Positions 23,935 through 38,200 of a stretch of 64,000 bases of DNA are shown here, one piece after another (position 1 is the stretch's first letter; each line of letters starts with the position of its first letter). This DNA is from Vitrella brassicaformis CCMP3155 (Eukaryota > Protista > Chromerida): positions 3,514 through 67,513 of the forward strand of contig CDMY01000487.1 of assembly GCA_001179505.1 (NCBI GenBank), read 5' to 3'. The notes under the pieces were generated by a model, which saw nothing but the letters and a program-made list of their open reading frames with translations, was not told the origin of the DNA and ran no database searches. The position numbers and the translations under genes were made by a program.

Positions 23935-26900
23935 ATGGCTTTGGGGTCCCACCTGTCCATGGAGGTCATCTTGCGCAAGAAAGACGGATTCGTCGCCTTG
24001 AAGGAGTTTGAGGACGACCGTCGGGCGCGGGTGGATGCCTTCCGCTCACTCATGGCGCCGCTCAACAAACGGGCATTCGCTATGCTCGATGATGCCAAGG
24101 GTGAGCCAAAACCACCGGCAAAACCAGATCTTTCAGAGTCTCACCATCAGCACCATGTGTGGTTGTGTGCTCAGCGATGGTGAGTGGCGTGGCCACGGCG
24201 CTGACCCAGCGGCTGCAGATGGACAAGGCGTACATCGACAGCCTTCGGAGGTCCGTCCCGCATCGGTCCCTGAGCATGGAGTCGACAAGAGGCGGCAGAC
24301 GGCAGCAGACCCACCCGACACAAACATCGCCGCCCAGCCGGCAGAGCAGCAGCGCCAGCAGCACTGGGGGCGAGGGCGGCAGCGGGGGAGGGAAGATCGA
24401 CTGCTCGGGCGCCAACACCGTCAAGGAGGCGCTGCGTGAGCTGAATCGGCAGCAGGCTCTGCAGATGGAAGACTTCGTCAAGGTCGCCTCAGAGGACCTC
24501 ATACAGGGTGGGTGGGTGAGCGAGAGCCTCGTGTGCGTAAATAAAGGGAGAGAAGGCATCTGCGTGTTGCGTTGCATCACACGTGTGTGTGTTCTTGCGT
24601 TGTGTCAGGTGGTCTCCAGCGTGCTGCGGTAGAGTATGCCCGTGTGTCCAAGCAGCACACGGACCGAGTGGCTGCCGCATGGAGCCTCCTCGAAACCACA
24701 GAAAAAGACTGCAGGCAAGCCCCAGACACAAACACACACACACACGCACACACACGCCCACTTGTTGCGATCGTGTGTGATGGATGCGATGCAGGCAAAA
24801 ATGGGATGAGTATGAGCGTCTGTTTCGCGCGGTAGAGTCAACCCAGGTCATGAGCCTCCACCCACCGCATGACGACGACCACGGCAGCAGCAGCCAGGGC
24901 GGCCGGGAAGGAGGAGGGGGTGCGAGGGACTGTTGGCTGCTGGAGCGGTTCTACACCAATGCCGCCACACAATCGAGAGTGGCGCAGGACGCCTACCTCA
25001 AGGCCTTCCAACAGTTCCTTGCCGACTTTGAGCAGCTGGAGCAGGTCAGGTGTGGCGAATGGGCGCGCAGACGGTGCGAAATACATTACCGTGTGTGTGT
25101 GTGTGTGTGTGGTGCAGTGGCGGTGTCAGACGGTCCGCCACACGGTGAATCAGTTCCTGCAGAAGCTCAAAGTCACGACCACCCACGTGTCGTCGTCCAT
25201 CGACGCCTCGCTCACACTGATGCAGGCACTAGACCCTGCAAAAGTGTCAGTGGCCAAGATGATGCACTCCGAAGACCCCTTCGCAAGGTACGTACGTACA
25301 GCACCCACCACCACAGATCCACAGATCGGCTTCCTTGCTCATCTGTCCGCTGTTCCTCTTTTCTACCGGGCAGCCCCGCTCCTCCCCACAACCCAGCAGA
25401 GGCCGACGCGGGTCAGTCGGCCCAGCAGCGGTCTGCACGGCGAGGGTCGGCGTCCAGGAGGCCCCCACTGCCACCCCAGCAGCAGCAGCAGATGCAGCAG
25501 ACAAGGGTAGAGGACGAGACCAGTGTGGCCCTGTCGGCCTTTCTCAGTCAGGCGGAGGAGCTGACGAAACTCCCAAACCCGCCACAGACGTCCCTCGTCA
25601 AGAAAGCGGGTGAGAAAGGGTGTTTGTGTTTGTGGTGTGTGTGGGTCGGTGATGCATTGAGCCAGTTCGTCCCGGGATGAGATCATTGGTTTTGTGTGCC
25701 TTTGACGTAGGCATCGTCAAGCGGCCGACGAGTGGTCTGTTCCAGCGTCAGAAGGACGGTGTGCTGGTGCTGACGTATGACCGTTTCCTCCACCTGTTCA
25801 AGAGCGAGGCCGACCCTCTCCCAGCCACCTCCGTCTCTCTCGACCTCTCCACCGTGTCTGTCGTCCAAGACCACAACCAGCCGTCCCCTCCCCCTGCCCC
25901 TCCGTCTGCCTCTGCCAGCAGTGGCAGTGCCACGCCCACCGCCATCCCCACGATAGAGGTGCAGGAGACCAAACGCGTCGGCCCCTTCCGGATGTTCAGC
26001 TCCAACAAGCGGCTGGTGTTCACCCCACTCACGGCCGGCGAGGCCTCATCGTGGCTGGAGATCCTCAAGGGCGGCAGTGCTGCTGCTGGTCGTAGTGCTA
26101 CCGCCCAGCGGCCACCCCCGCCCGCTTTGCCGCTGGGCACGCCCCCACCTGCTGGCAGCGAGCAGGACGGCGATGGCGCGACGAAGGTGGAGCCCTCGCT
26201 GGGCGACCACGGGTCGTTCCCCTCCACCCCCAGCCCATTTGACACCTCGCAGGAAGGACCCCTCCTGCCAGAGAAGGAGGAGGGGACCCTCAGTGCTGCA
26301 GGGCAAGACACCCTTACCAACGGAGGAGAGGCGGGGGCTGCGACAAACGACACACATCATGAAGAAGAGGGCGGCCAGGAGAGGGCGGCGATGGTGTTTG
26401 ACGACCCGCCAAGGCCCCCACCCCCACCCGCGGTGCCAGTGGATCTGAGCAGCACAGTGGAGAGGCGGCAGATGGACAACGGCGGGCCATCGCTGGACGA
26501 CGGCACTGGAGATGCAGAAGGTGGGCGGGTGAATGGGTAGTGCGCACAGTACAGGCAGACAGACAGACAGGGAGATAGACAGGTAGGCTGCATGGCCTGG
26601 CTGCAGAGTGCCGTGCCGTGCCGTGTCGTGAGCTGACTGGCCATCCGCTCTCCCTCTCCCTCACGTCTGTCTGTCTGCCTGTGTTATGAATGCCGTGGTG
26701 GTCTGCATCACCCATTATTCATTCAGGCAGCAAGAGAGGCCACAACCCCCCGCCCCCATCAGCAAGCCAGCCGTCCACCCGCGCAGCCACCACCATGGCT
26801 GAGGATAGTCATGGCAGCGAGTCACCCCCCTGTCTGCCTCCTGCCTTCATCGCAGACCCCTTTCCCTTTGTCGTGCCCCCCGCCCCTGGTGTGGGTGTGG

Positions 26901-27007
26901 GTGTGTGTTGCCCTGCAGATATCGGAGGCGACTTTGGGACGGGCAGGGCTCAGGAGGCTATGTCACCGCTGCCTTCGATCGAAGACGGCGAGAGCGTAGG
27001 TGGATAG
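23935..27007 (+). CDS. BAR-like coiled-coil + PH domain protein (SLM1-like architecture)
   Basis: Helical exons (RLQMDKAYIDSL, WLLERFYTNAA) precede a PH domain GIVKRPTSGLF...VLVLTYDRFLHLFK...LVFTPLTAGEASSWLEIL. The last exon 26727-27007 joins in phase 1. Confidence 0.75.
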
Positions 27008-27197
27008 GGGGGAGGGAGGGTGGTTGATAAAGCGGATGGGCCTCTTGGTTCGTGTGTTGCTTAGCGTCTCGACTGCTTAGATGTCTGCGTGGTAGTGATA
27101 CGGACAAAGCGTTTTTTGGGTGTGGACCCGTTTATTGTCATCAAGTCTCAGCATTGTGCCGAGATCCACCGCGAAAAACCCCATTGTCAATGCCCTT

Positions 27198-27353
27198 CAC
27201 TTCGTCTAAGGCCCCCTGCTGCCCTAACGTGATGTGGGTGTACCATATCGTACCCACTTCGTCTAAGGCCCCCTGCTGCCCTAACGTGTCGTACCCACTT
27301 CGTCTAACGCCCCCTGCTGCCCTAACGTGATGAGGGTGTATCATATCGTACCC
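27198..27353. repeat. Minisatellite: three copies of a 34-bp core
   Basis: CACTTCGTCTAAGGCCCCCTGCTGCCCTAACGTG starts at 27198, 27255 and 27296 (one mismatch). Linkers are related to each other; period is 57 and 41 bp. Confidence 0.9.
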
Positions 27354-27827
27354 TCTATATTCATCAACGAGTTTCGTTTCGTGCAGAACGTCACGTCACA
27401 CAAGTACGCCACTGTTTCACATCACAGCATACACACGTGAGTCGAGTGAGCCCTTTCGTTACAACGTTCAGTACTCCCTTACATGAAAGCCACCCATCCA
27501 GGCAGGCAGGCGACACACAGTGAGGGCAGCGATTACGTCGATTGCGTCGTGTTACATACAGACAGACATATGAAACGCTGTAATGTAGATATGTCTGTTA
27601 CTGCGTTTCATGTCTGTCTCTTCTTGACACGACGTAATCGACGTTACTGCTGCAACAAACAGACCTTGAGAGTGATCCACTGCACATTAACGTCACCGTG
27701 CTGGCTCACAAGACACCAGTGTCAATGTCAATGTCATTGTCACTGTCATTGTCAAGCCATTGTCTCACATCGCAATGCAGACTCAGACCGTTGCACATAC
27801 ACATGCGTCAAGGTGTCAGTCCGAGAG

Positions 27828-28776
27828 TCAGCCCTTTCTAGGCCAGTGATCAGGAAAACTCCCAGTGAAGCCGGCAAAGTCAAACCCTCGGGCCCGGTGG
27901 TTGAAGCTCTCCACCCACCGAAACAGCGCCCCGTCAGTGTAGAACCGCCTCGTGTAGTCAAGCACCCGTTTCGCCTGCAGCCGGTCGATGTCAGCCGCCA
28001 GGATGTCGACCCGCAGGAGTGCCAGCTGCTTGGAGGCCAGGAGGTCATCAAACACGGTGACGATCAAATGGGGCGAGGCAGCCTGGGCATCACGCTGAAA
28101 CTCCTCTGAGCCATAAAGGAACACAGACACAGAGAAAAGGAGACAGAGAGATGGGGAGGGCCGGCATCGGCATGTCTGAGCGCCTGTGTGGGGGGATGGT
28201 CGAAGGCGCTCACCGAGTGATGTGTAAAGGATGTGCTTCTTGTCCTGGAACTGCAGCACAAGTGTCCTGAATCCCTGCGTGCCCTGCAGCTGCACCTTGG
28301 CCGCCTCGATGCCGTTGCCCTTCATGTCGTGGTGAGGGGACTTGGTCAGCGGCGCGATGAACATGGGAGCATGGGACGCACTGAGCACATTAATCACACA
28401 CCACACACATAGCCATCGGACAGCCACAGAGAAAGCGCCATGAATACATCCGGCTGACCCATCCATCCATCCATTCTGCCTACTTCTTGGTCAGTGTGTC
28501 GTACTCGTCCGGCTGCAGCACATCGGTGAGCACCCGTGGCTTGTCCTTGAACTGCTCCAGCCACAGGTACTCAATCGTCGAGGGCGTCTCCCGCTCGAAC
28601 AACGACATCTTGACCACCTCACGCAGCTGCCGCGGGACGGGATAAGTGAAGCCAAACCGACGGCACTGCTGATATCGATAGTGATGCCGACGATGACCGA
28701 CGATGGGAGGGCAGGGAGGGCACTGAGTGGGGGAGGCGGGGAGAAGGGATCGATGCAGATGTCGGGCGCTCGTCAT
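27828..28776 (-). CDS. ATP11: Mitochondrial F1-ATPase assembly factor ATP11
   Basis: Presequence-like N-terminus, then FTYPVPRQLREVVK, IEYLWLEQF, MFIAPL, HILYTSL, PHLIVTVFDDLL...LLRVDI and RFY...VESFNHRARGFDF. Confidence 0.85.
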
Positions 28777-28953
28777 GAGAGGTGGCCTCTGGGGCTTGGC
28801 TGAGGGGGAGCGGGGATCTGCGCGAGCTGAAAGCTGCGAGCTTAGCGGGGAGAAGGGAGGAAAGCTCCGGGGCAGAGCGCACGTCAGCAGCTTGCGACCG
28901 CCTTTCTGGATGATCTTTCATTGGATATCTTGGCATCACTCATCCGGCACAGG

Positions 28954-30323
28954 ATGATGCCCATCCCACCCGCAGTGATAGCTATGGCGGTCCTGGTCCT
29001 GCTTCTCTCGGCCGACGCCTTCCTTGCCCCAAGCAGGAGCCCTGCCACCCAGCCCAACAGCCCCTGTTTGTTCCCTCTCCCTCGCCACCAGCGCTTCTAC
29101 CCATCCCGGCTCTTCAGCACGGATACCATGGCCTTGACGGACACTCTTCGGGAGCTCATCACGGCGCCGAAAGACAGAGAGGAGGTGCTGGATGTGTGCA
29201 GCCAGCTGGCGGCCACACAGGGGCCTGACAGTGGGGTGCAGGTGCAGGTGGAGCCGCTTCTCCAGGGGGACTGGCGGGTCTTGTACAGCACTTTGGGGCA
29301 GCCGAAAAAGAAAAAGGGCGGCTCAGCTGAGGAGCCAGCACCAGCACCAAGACTCCCGCCGGCAGTGCCGCTGCGCTTTCTCTCATTCGGCGCTTTGCCA
29401 GGCAAGCTAAGCTGACAGGAGGAGAAATAATATTCACTCTTGCATGAGTATGCGTGTGTGTTCCGTGTGTGACTGGTCTGTCTGTCTGTCTGCAGGGACG
29501 AAGGTGTGCGTGACGCGGGGCTTCAATCGCATCTCTGACGGGGTATACAGTCTGGTCAACGTGTTCAAGGTGCCGCCAGAGGACGGCGAGAAGCTCTATG
29601 CTCAGCACCTGCCCGAGGGCACGCCGCCACCGCCGGAGAGCACCGAGGCGGCCATGGTTCTGTTTGGGCCGTGCTCCTTCCCTGACGGTAGGTGTGGATG
29701 TCTGTCTGTCTGTGTATCAGTTCACCGGAAGGACGCACTCATGTGGAGGCGCACGTGGATGGAGGGAGGGAGGGAGGGATGGAGGGATGTGTGTGACGTG
29801 TGTGTGTTCAGGTCCGACCACCCAGCGGTGTCAGGTCAAGTTCGACAACGTCCAGGTACACGCTAGCACACTGGGCGAGCTCAGGCAGGCAATCGTGGAT
29901 ACGGCCTTCGTGTGTGTGTGTGTGTGCGTCTCGTCAGGTGGTGCCTCTGCTGTCGTCTGATGGTTTGGTCGACGCCGAGAGCGACAAGATCGTCCGGGCG
30001 ATAGAGAGCAAAGCCGGCCGAGGCGGCACAATAATGCCCAAGAGACTCCCATTCCTAATCAGAGCTCTCAGGGTGAGGAGGCCGGTCCTCACCCACCACA
30101 CAAGGACACAACAGCCACACACGCTACGCTGCCGGCACGCAATGGTGTGATGTGTGTGTCAACCAATAATCACTCCCTCACTCAGGCCGACAAGACCTTT
30201 ATCGACATCACATATATCGACCGTGAGCTGCGTGTGCACGTCGGCAAGAGCGGCCAGAGCTACGTACTCGAGAAGATACCCGATGGGACCATACCCTTCA
30301 GATGGGGCGGGTGGACCGACTGA
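28954..30323 (+). CDS. Plastid PAP/fibrillin-domain protein
   Basis: Signal peptide ending SADA-FLAP (ASAFAP-like), LQGDWRVLYST, and C-terminal IDITYIDRELRVHVGKSGQSYVLEK. Confidence 0.85.
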
Positions 30324-31211
30324 CTGATCCATGTGGGAGGCACTGTGGCACTGTGGCAGGCAGTTTCTGAGGCCGTCCGTGTTGTTAAGAGAGGGAGAAG
30401 GAGGACTGTGTCTTGCTCGCACGATGTGGAGTGGACAGGGAGGGGCATTTAGGTGAGACTGACTGTTCCGTCTGGGTGTCCGCCAAGTTGGTGCATGCCT
30501 TGACTGCCGCTACGGGAGACGGCTCAGCGCGGGAACTCTCGTGGTGAAGCTGCCTCATGGTGTGGTAGTTTAGGCACGAGCCAAAGCGACACAGACAGAC
30601 TTCGTCTGCAGTGATATCATTTAAGTGGCGTGGTGTTCTGTGGTGTGGGAGTGAGGGAAGCACACAAGGATTCACGAAGGGAGAAGCGGAGTCTCCCATG
30701 CACACGCGCACACGCACACAGGAGGTCTAAGCAGGCAGGGAGGCACGGAGGGCAGGGAGGCAGACAACACTAGGCATGCAGCCATCCACCATGTCATGAA
30801 GTGCGGGGCTCGGGGGGAAGGAGGAAGGCTATCGGGGTCATCAGCAGTGCTGCCGATGATTGACATGGTACCAATGATATACACACAAGAGGAGGGCCCT
30901 TCCTGATCGTCCGCACCGCAACACCACCATCACACCAGCACACTAGCACTCTCTCTCTCTCTCTCTCTCTGCCCATCCAAAAAGCATCGCGTCCGTCCGC
31001 CACGACACACCGCAAAAAATACCGCACACACAGACGGACGGACTACTGGATGGAGGGAGGGAGGGAGGGCTGGATCAGCGGATGGACGCAGCACAGCCCC
31101 CAACAATGGCGACCGTTGGTTCTGTCTACTCGTCCCTGCCGCCCGAGGTATACACACACATTCGCCTCTCTGACGACCGACACCCACCCGCCCGCCACAC
31201 ACATCACTGTA

Positions 31212-34200
31212 TCACTCTTGAGGATTGGCAGCGTCCATGGCGAGGCGGATAGGGTCGTACTGGTGCAGCAGGCCGGGCACCTCCATCAGCCGCTGCTGCT
31301 CGATCTGCCGGCTCCGCTGCAGAGCCTCGTCGCGCTCGGTGCGGTACAGCTCCGTCAGGCCCTCCGCGTCACCACCGGCATACTCCTGCACTCAAACACA
31401 CACACAAACACCACCTCAGTGGGGTGGTGGGTGTGGGTGTGGGTACCTACCTTGATTTGGACGAGGAAGTCTCTTATGTGGGATTGGAACTCGGTGTGGT
31501 TGCCGCTCTTGTTGAAGAGGTCCAGCACGAAGGCCTCCACCTGGTTCCTGCAGCCAGGGAGATGGGATGGATGGATGGAGGGAGGGAGGATGGGTGTGTG
31601 TGTGACCGGTTTACCTACCTGTTGAGTGTGGCGAACGTCTGGCAGAGCATGTTGCAGATGTACTCCCTGGGGGCACAGACAGAGTGTGGTGTGGTGGTTG
31701 TGGGTGTGAGTCTGTCTGTCTGTCTGTCTGGCTGCTTACATGACTTCCTGTTTGGACGTGACGCCGCGCAGCTTGCCCAAATCAACTGCCGTCACCAGCT
31801 GCACACACACACACACACACACAGACAGGGAGACACAGAGAGAGAGAGAGACGATGGCCTCTGTGTGTGTGTGCCGATGTCCGCAGTCCGTCCGCACCTC
31901 CATCAGGATGATGGTTTGGTGTTTGAATCCCGCCTTGTGCAGTGTGTCGGTGAGGACCACAAAGATGTCGTGCAGCAACAGCTGGTAGTAGCTCTTAAAG
32001 AAATTGCCGCACAACTGCAGTCCACACAAGACAAGCCACACACACCAACCACACACACACAACACACAACCGGACAGACAAATGCATTTGATTCCATCAT
32101 CGAACAAACAGCACGGGAAGGTTGATCTCTGACACACAGACCTGTGGGTCAAGGTGGAGCACCTTGTCGAGGAAGTCGCTCAGCACCCGGAGCCCCGCGT
32201 CGGCCACCGAGGGGTGCTCATGCTTGATGGCCCACACCAGGGAGTCGACAAACAGACGCAGACGCTGCTCCGGCAGCAAAAATAAGGCTGCATTGCATCC
32301 ACACGTTGGCCACACACACAGCACACACACAGCCGTCTGTCGCGTGAGGGAGCGGCGTGTGTGCACCGTACCGTCGAAGCAGTAAGTGTTGCAGGCGCGC
32401 AGGAGTGCGTAGAAGTTGACGCGGTGGTCGGGGTAGCTTTGGAAGTCAGATTTGATCATCTCCAGGGTGGGGTCAAACACCATCTCAAAGATACGGGGCA
32501 CTTGCTGCAATTTTCACACCACACGAAGACAGGACAGGCACACAACACACAAACCATGCCAGCCAGCGCCAAGCAAACACAATGCATTCAGCCGAGTCGT
32601 GTGACGTACGTACCGGTGTGATTGATGGGGACAGCTTCGATATGAGCGTCGACAGCAGCGACAGCACCTCAGGGTCACGCGCCTGCGGATGGTTGGCCCT
32701 ATAGTGCACCACACGCCACAGCACAGCACACACACAGAGAGATACATGCACCAACGCCCACACGCCCACCCCATCACCCCATCACCCCATCATCACACCC
32801 CACCTACCTGTAGTCAGCGAGCACCGGTTCGAGCAGCGGCGGCACGAGTCCGCTGCACACCCTCTGTATCAGCTCCGACCGCCGGCTGCTCTGCGTCTCA
32901 CGGCCACCCCCAGGGATGCCATTCGTCTCGGGGATCTCGCCCGTCGCCCCGGCTGCAGGCTGGTGCTGACTGCCGGGGGGCCCGTGGGGGTCAGGGGGGA
33001 TCGCCTGGTGATTGACAGACACACGCCATTAATGGGTGGGACAGAGAGAGGGGGTGGGTGTTTGGAGGGTGGGGGCGAAGGAAGGGTCGTGTGTTACCTT
33101 CTCGACGAATGTTTCGACGAGTTTGAGTGTGTCCCTTTTGAAGGTGCGCATGCCTTTGATCTGGGAGTGGCCCATGATCTGCGGACCGTTGCTCGCGACC
33201 TTGGACGAGATGCCCTCACTGCATCACATCAATGCATCCATTCACTCACTCATGGCACAGACCTGTGTGTGCGCAGTGTCTGCAGGCATCTATCTATCTG
33301 TGTGTGTGACAGATGGTTGCCTGTAGTATTTGTAGACCCGCAGGACCTGCTGGTAAATGCTGCCCAGCTGGTGCTCCATCGCACTGCCAGCAGAACTGAT
33401 CAACGCCACCCACATCAGCCACAGAATTATCGATCCCTCTGCAGTCGTGCTGTGCTGTGCGGTGTGTAGTGTGTGGTCAGCAGCTGACCTCGCGACCCGT
33501 TCGTTCGTCCTGAGAAAGTGGGAGAGCTGCCGCATTGCGTTGAGGTCGACCAGTATGCCCTCGTTCTGCACACACACGGCACAATCAATGCCCACACATC
33601 ACATGGACGGTCCACGTAGGCACATCCTCCACACATACCTGTGAGGCCGCTTGGAGTAGGTGGTTCCACTGGGCGTTGAGGTGGGACATCAACCCTGCCA
33701 CGCACACACACACACACACACACAGACACTGCGCCAGCATGCCTTCCTGCCTCCCGCCGTTCACCGCACCATCGACGTATTGGTATTGCTCCTGCTGTGT
33801 GGGCGCCTCAGCGATCATGTACCCCACGGCCTCGTAGAAGGTCTGCTGGTCGCCGAACTCCAAGTCGGCCGTGTGGCCCTGCAGCTGACCATTCGGCCCT
33901 GCACACCAAGCCACACACACACACACGTGTGCAGTGTTCGTGTGTCTGTTTGGGTCTTTGGTTACGTGTGAGTTCGGCGAGGAAGCACTCGGCCTCTGCC
34001 GGCTGCACCTGGACGAACTTCTTGCGACACTTCTGAGATATCTTCAGAAACGTCTCACAAGCCATTTTCTGACGAACACATACACAGAGAGAGAGTGAGA
34101 GAGGGTATGTGTGTGTGTGTGTGTGTGGATGGGTCGGTGGACACCTGACCTGCACGCCGGGGAACGTCTCGTGCATGAACTCAAAGAGCTTGAGCAGCAC

Positions 34201-34398
34201 CGTCTTGAGGAACTTCCAGTGCGCACGCAGAAACCTACACCAACCACGCGCGCGCACACACACACACACACAGAAGAGAGATAGAGAGTGGGTGTGTAAA
34301 CCAGTGTGTGTGTGGGTGTGTGTCAGGACTTACCTTGGGTATTGCCCGACCACATACATGATGCAGCTGGCCACAATCTGCACACGCACAACACGGAC

Positions 34399-34430
<32 letters not shown>

Positions 34431-36054
34431 TGGCAGGCCGTTCGTGTCTGTCTGTCTGTCTGTCTGTCTGTCAGCTTGACTGGCTCGCTCCTCCCCCCCG
34501 CCGACCGACCGCTTTGTTCTCCTTGCCCCTCTTCATCTCACAGAGGCTCAGCAGATCCTACACACACCACACACACCGACCGAGTGTCCTCCCTGCAGCT
34601 GAGGTGACATTCGTCAGACACAGCCACACCGGTGGGTGCGCACCTTGATGATGGTGACGACGAATCGCTTCTCGTTGGCCTCGTCCATGGCGCCGCTGAT
34701 GGACCCCATGGCCCAGCAGAGGCAGTTGAGGCGGGCGGGGTTCCACGGCTGCTGGGGGGAGGGCATCATGCCGTTGGTCGTGTCGCTCAGGCACTGTAAG
34801 GGACAGACAGACGCACAGACAGACATAGAGGACACCATGTGTGTGTGTGTGTGCAGAGAGAGGGAGGGAGGGGTGAGGGGTGTGGGGAGGGGGGACTTCA
34901 CCTCTTGTGTGAGCAGTTCCAGCATGATGTGTTCCATGTTGGATTGGTCGAGGTGTGTGAGGTACACCATCACCTCGCGCATCTTGTGGTATAGCTCAAC
35001 CTCAGCTGACCAACCAGCCAACCAACCAAGGAGCGATCCACACACAGACAGCGAGAGAGAGAGAGACACTGCCTGCCTGCCTGCCTGCCTATCTGGGTGC
35101 CTCTGTGTCTGCGGGTTCACCGGTGTCGACTTGGAGTTCCCTCGAGACCTCGCCCGTCTCCTCGTCGATCACTATCAACACCTACCACACACACAATCAC
35201 ACACACGTGCCTGCCTGCCTGCCTGCCGGTTTCCCCCTCTCTCTGCGTGTGTGTCAGCTGGTCGACGGGCGCACCTCCGGCGGCTTGGCCATTTTGAGCA
35301 TGAGCACCCTCCTGACGTCGCTCATGACGCCGTTATAGATCGGTGTGTAGGGGTTCAGGATGCTCAGGTCAAACGGACTGCCGCCGCCACACGACGGGCC
35401 GCCCGGACCGAGGTGGGTGGGGCTGGAGTGGGGCGCAGCCAGAGTGCTGTTGCCTGATATCCATCCATCCATCCATCCACCGTGACACACCACATGAGGC
35501 GGGGGCGGGGGGATGTGGGTGCACTGACTGACCGTCGGAAGAGGTGTCCATGCCGGTGGCCTGCATGGCGTCTTGGGGTGCGGTGCCGTTCATGGCGCCG
35601 CCGTCCAGCAACAGGGGAGGGGGCAGCCCGTTTGAGCCGTTCGTGGTGCTCTCGGGCGGCCTCTGGGGCGGGGCGGGGCACACACCACAACCAACAAGAT
35701 GACCATGTGTGTGGTGTGTGGTGTGGTGTGGTGTGGTGTGTGGTGCACTGTACCATGTTCTCGTATAGTCGTTGCGCGAGATAGTGCCAAAAGTCGATGC
35801 ATGTCTTGAAGGTCGAGTCGTTGGAACACGCCTGCGTTATGCTCACCTGTGCGACGGACGCACACACAGAGGATTCAGCGATCGATCAACGCAACGAATC
35901 CATCGGCGTCTTGCTTTGCTGCATACTGACCAGTGTGCCGAGAGCGGTGCTGAGCTGCGACTGCATGACGATGTGCTGCGGTAGCTGGCCCGCCGCCTCT
36001 ATCGCTTGGAGGTGGTAGCGCAGAAAGGCTAAGTGATCAGATGGATGGCACACG

Positions 36055-36092
<38 letters not shown>

Positions 36093-37621
36093 AAGTGTGA
36101 GGGTTGGGGACGCCATTGTCTTTGTGTGTGTGGGTGCGTCGCGTGTGGAGTGCATCCATCCATCATACCTACCGGCGATAGCTATGGCCAGCTGGTTGAA
36201 GAAGTTCTCCCAGTATATTCTGATGGACCATTTTGATGGTGCAGCAAACGACGCGTGTGGTCACACTGAGGCGTGTGTCAGTCGGTGTCAGAGCTTAAGA
36301 CACACAACTGACTGACCTGTGTTGTGGCGGCGCTTTGGTCTCGTACTCGATGGACTCTGGCGGCAAGGCAGACACCTTCTCAATCAGCCGGGAGAACAGG
36401 TACACTGAACAGACACACAACGAACGGCAGCCGCCTCTCTCCCCCTCTCTCTCTCTGTGTGTGTGTGTGTGTGTGTACGTAGTTTGTCGACGTATCTGTC
36501 AATTCCCTCGTGCAGTGCAGCGATCTCCCCGAGGCACTTGACGCACTCTATCCTGAACTCGGGCGGGTCCCAAAACTGGTCGATCAGGATGCCGATCAAG
36601 TTCGTCTGACAAACACACACACACACACACACACAGGGGTGCTGGCTGGTTCATGTGTGTGTGTCTGTGTGGCGGACGACTGAGATGTATACCTCGAACA
36701 CGAAGCCGAGTGGGATCCACGCGAGAAAGTGCTGGATGCAGCTCAGCGTCACCCTACACACACACACACACAGAGGGGTCAAATGGTGCGTGTGTGTGGG
36801 TGGGTGGGTGTGCGTGGCTGTGAGGGTGTGTGGTGTGTGTGTGTGTGTGTGGTGCATTCACTCATTACTTGATGAGCGACGGTTTGACGGCGCCCCGCTG
36901 CTGCATCCACGAGTCGAAGATGAAGGAGCACAGCTCGTAGATCACCCTGAACTGCTCGTTCATGGCGTCCTTGAGCTGCTCGATCTTCTTGGACGTCATC
37001 TGCTCACTCCCGAACTCAAACACCTCCTCGCTGTTGGCCAAACACACCATCATCATCATCAAATGTGTGTCTGTCGGTGTGCTGGAGGGGGTGGGGTGTT
37101 TACCTCAGGAGGTTGAGTATCTTCATGTTGTTCTCGCAGAGCGACTGGTTGGTCCGGGAGGCGCCGCAGATGTCAGGAATGAACGACTCCCAGTTCTGAG
37201 GCCACTCCTTCTTCACTATCTGCCAACACACACCAACCACACACACACACACATCGACCCCAATCACACCACAGACAGACAGAATGTCACCTGAATGAGG
37301 GTCTCATTGAGTTTGGTGAGGAAGTGTTTCTCTCCAGCCTGGAGGCTCTCGTCGCTGCTGATCTTGATGGTGAGGTTGACGACGTAGGTCTTCATGCCCT
37401 CCTTCTGGTCCTTGGGCAGCACCTTCCACCTCGTGGCGATGCAGTTCTCGAGGATCGAGAGGGCGAAGAACTTGGTGTTGGGGTTGCTGCTGTTGCCCAG
37501 GATGGTGTCCACGTGGGTCCAGCTCTCGGGGTGGCCCTTCAGCTCGTTCAGCACCTGGTGCGCTATCGACCGCTGTAATGGGGACAAACCAAACACACAC
37601 ACATGCACACAAAGCAGTGGA

Positions 37622-37654
<33 letters not shown>

Positions 37655-37783
37655 CTGTGTGTGCTTGACGTGACGTACGTCTTTCTCATTGCCACTATAC
37701 ATGATAGTGACAACATGGTCGAGCAGCTTGACCCGCTCAGCGTTCCACTCGCCCGGCAGCAGCAGCGCCTGTGGCTCCATCAT
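31212..37783 (-). CDS. XPO1: Exportin-1 (CRM1), more than 20 exons
   Basis: [91 protein letters not shown] and [16 protein letters not shown]. Confidence 0.97.
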
Positions 37784-38200
37784 TGACACCAGCACACCCA
37801 ACACACACACACGCCACTGCCAGCCGCCCCTCTCGCCCACTCAACACCGCAGACACGACGCCACACCAAATGAGAGGAATCGGCACCGCGCCTCGAGACG
37901 TCACACACGGCCGATCTGCTGCCGATTGCGCCAGATGAGTGAGGTGAGGGGCTCTGCAGCCGCTGTTGTCCGCTGTCCACTGCTGACAGTCACTCGTCTG
38001 CCAGTGATGTCACACTCACTGCGCCATGCCGCTTATCGGCCGCTCGCTCCAGATCTCAACTTGCCACAAGCAGCACTCCTGAACGCATGTGTCCCTTCTC
38101 TCCCCATCTTGCCAGCTCGCTTTTTTGCTGGCGGTGGTTCCCCGGGGAAAAGAGAGCAGCGGCAGCGGCCGTATCCATATTTTGTTGGGTATTTGCTTTG

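Noticed and set aside
27198-27353. CRISPR-like array
   Set aside because: The linkers are related to each other rather than unique, there are no cas genes, and the context is eukaryotic.
30385-30884. Possible small minus-strand gene between fibrillin and XPO1
   Set aside because: Donor-like sites exist, but I found no recognisable protein or consistent spliced frame.
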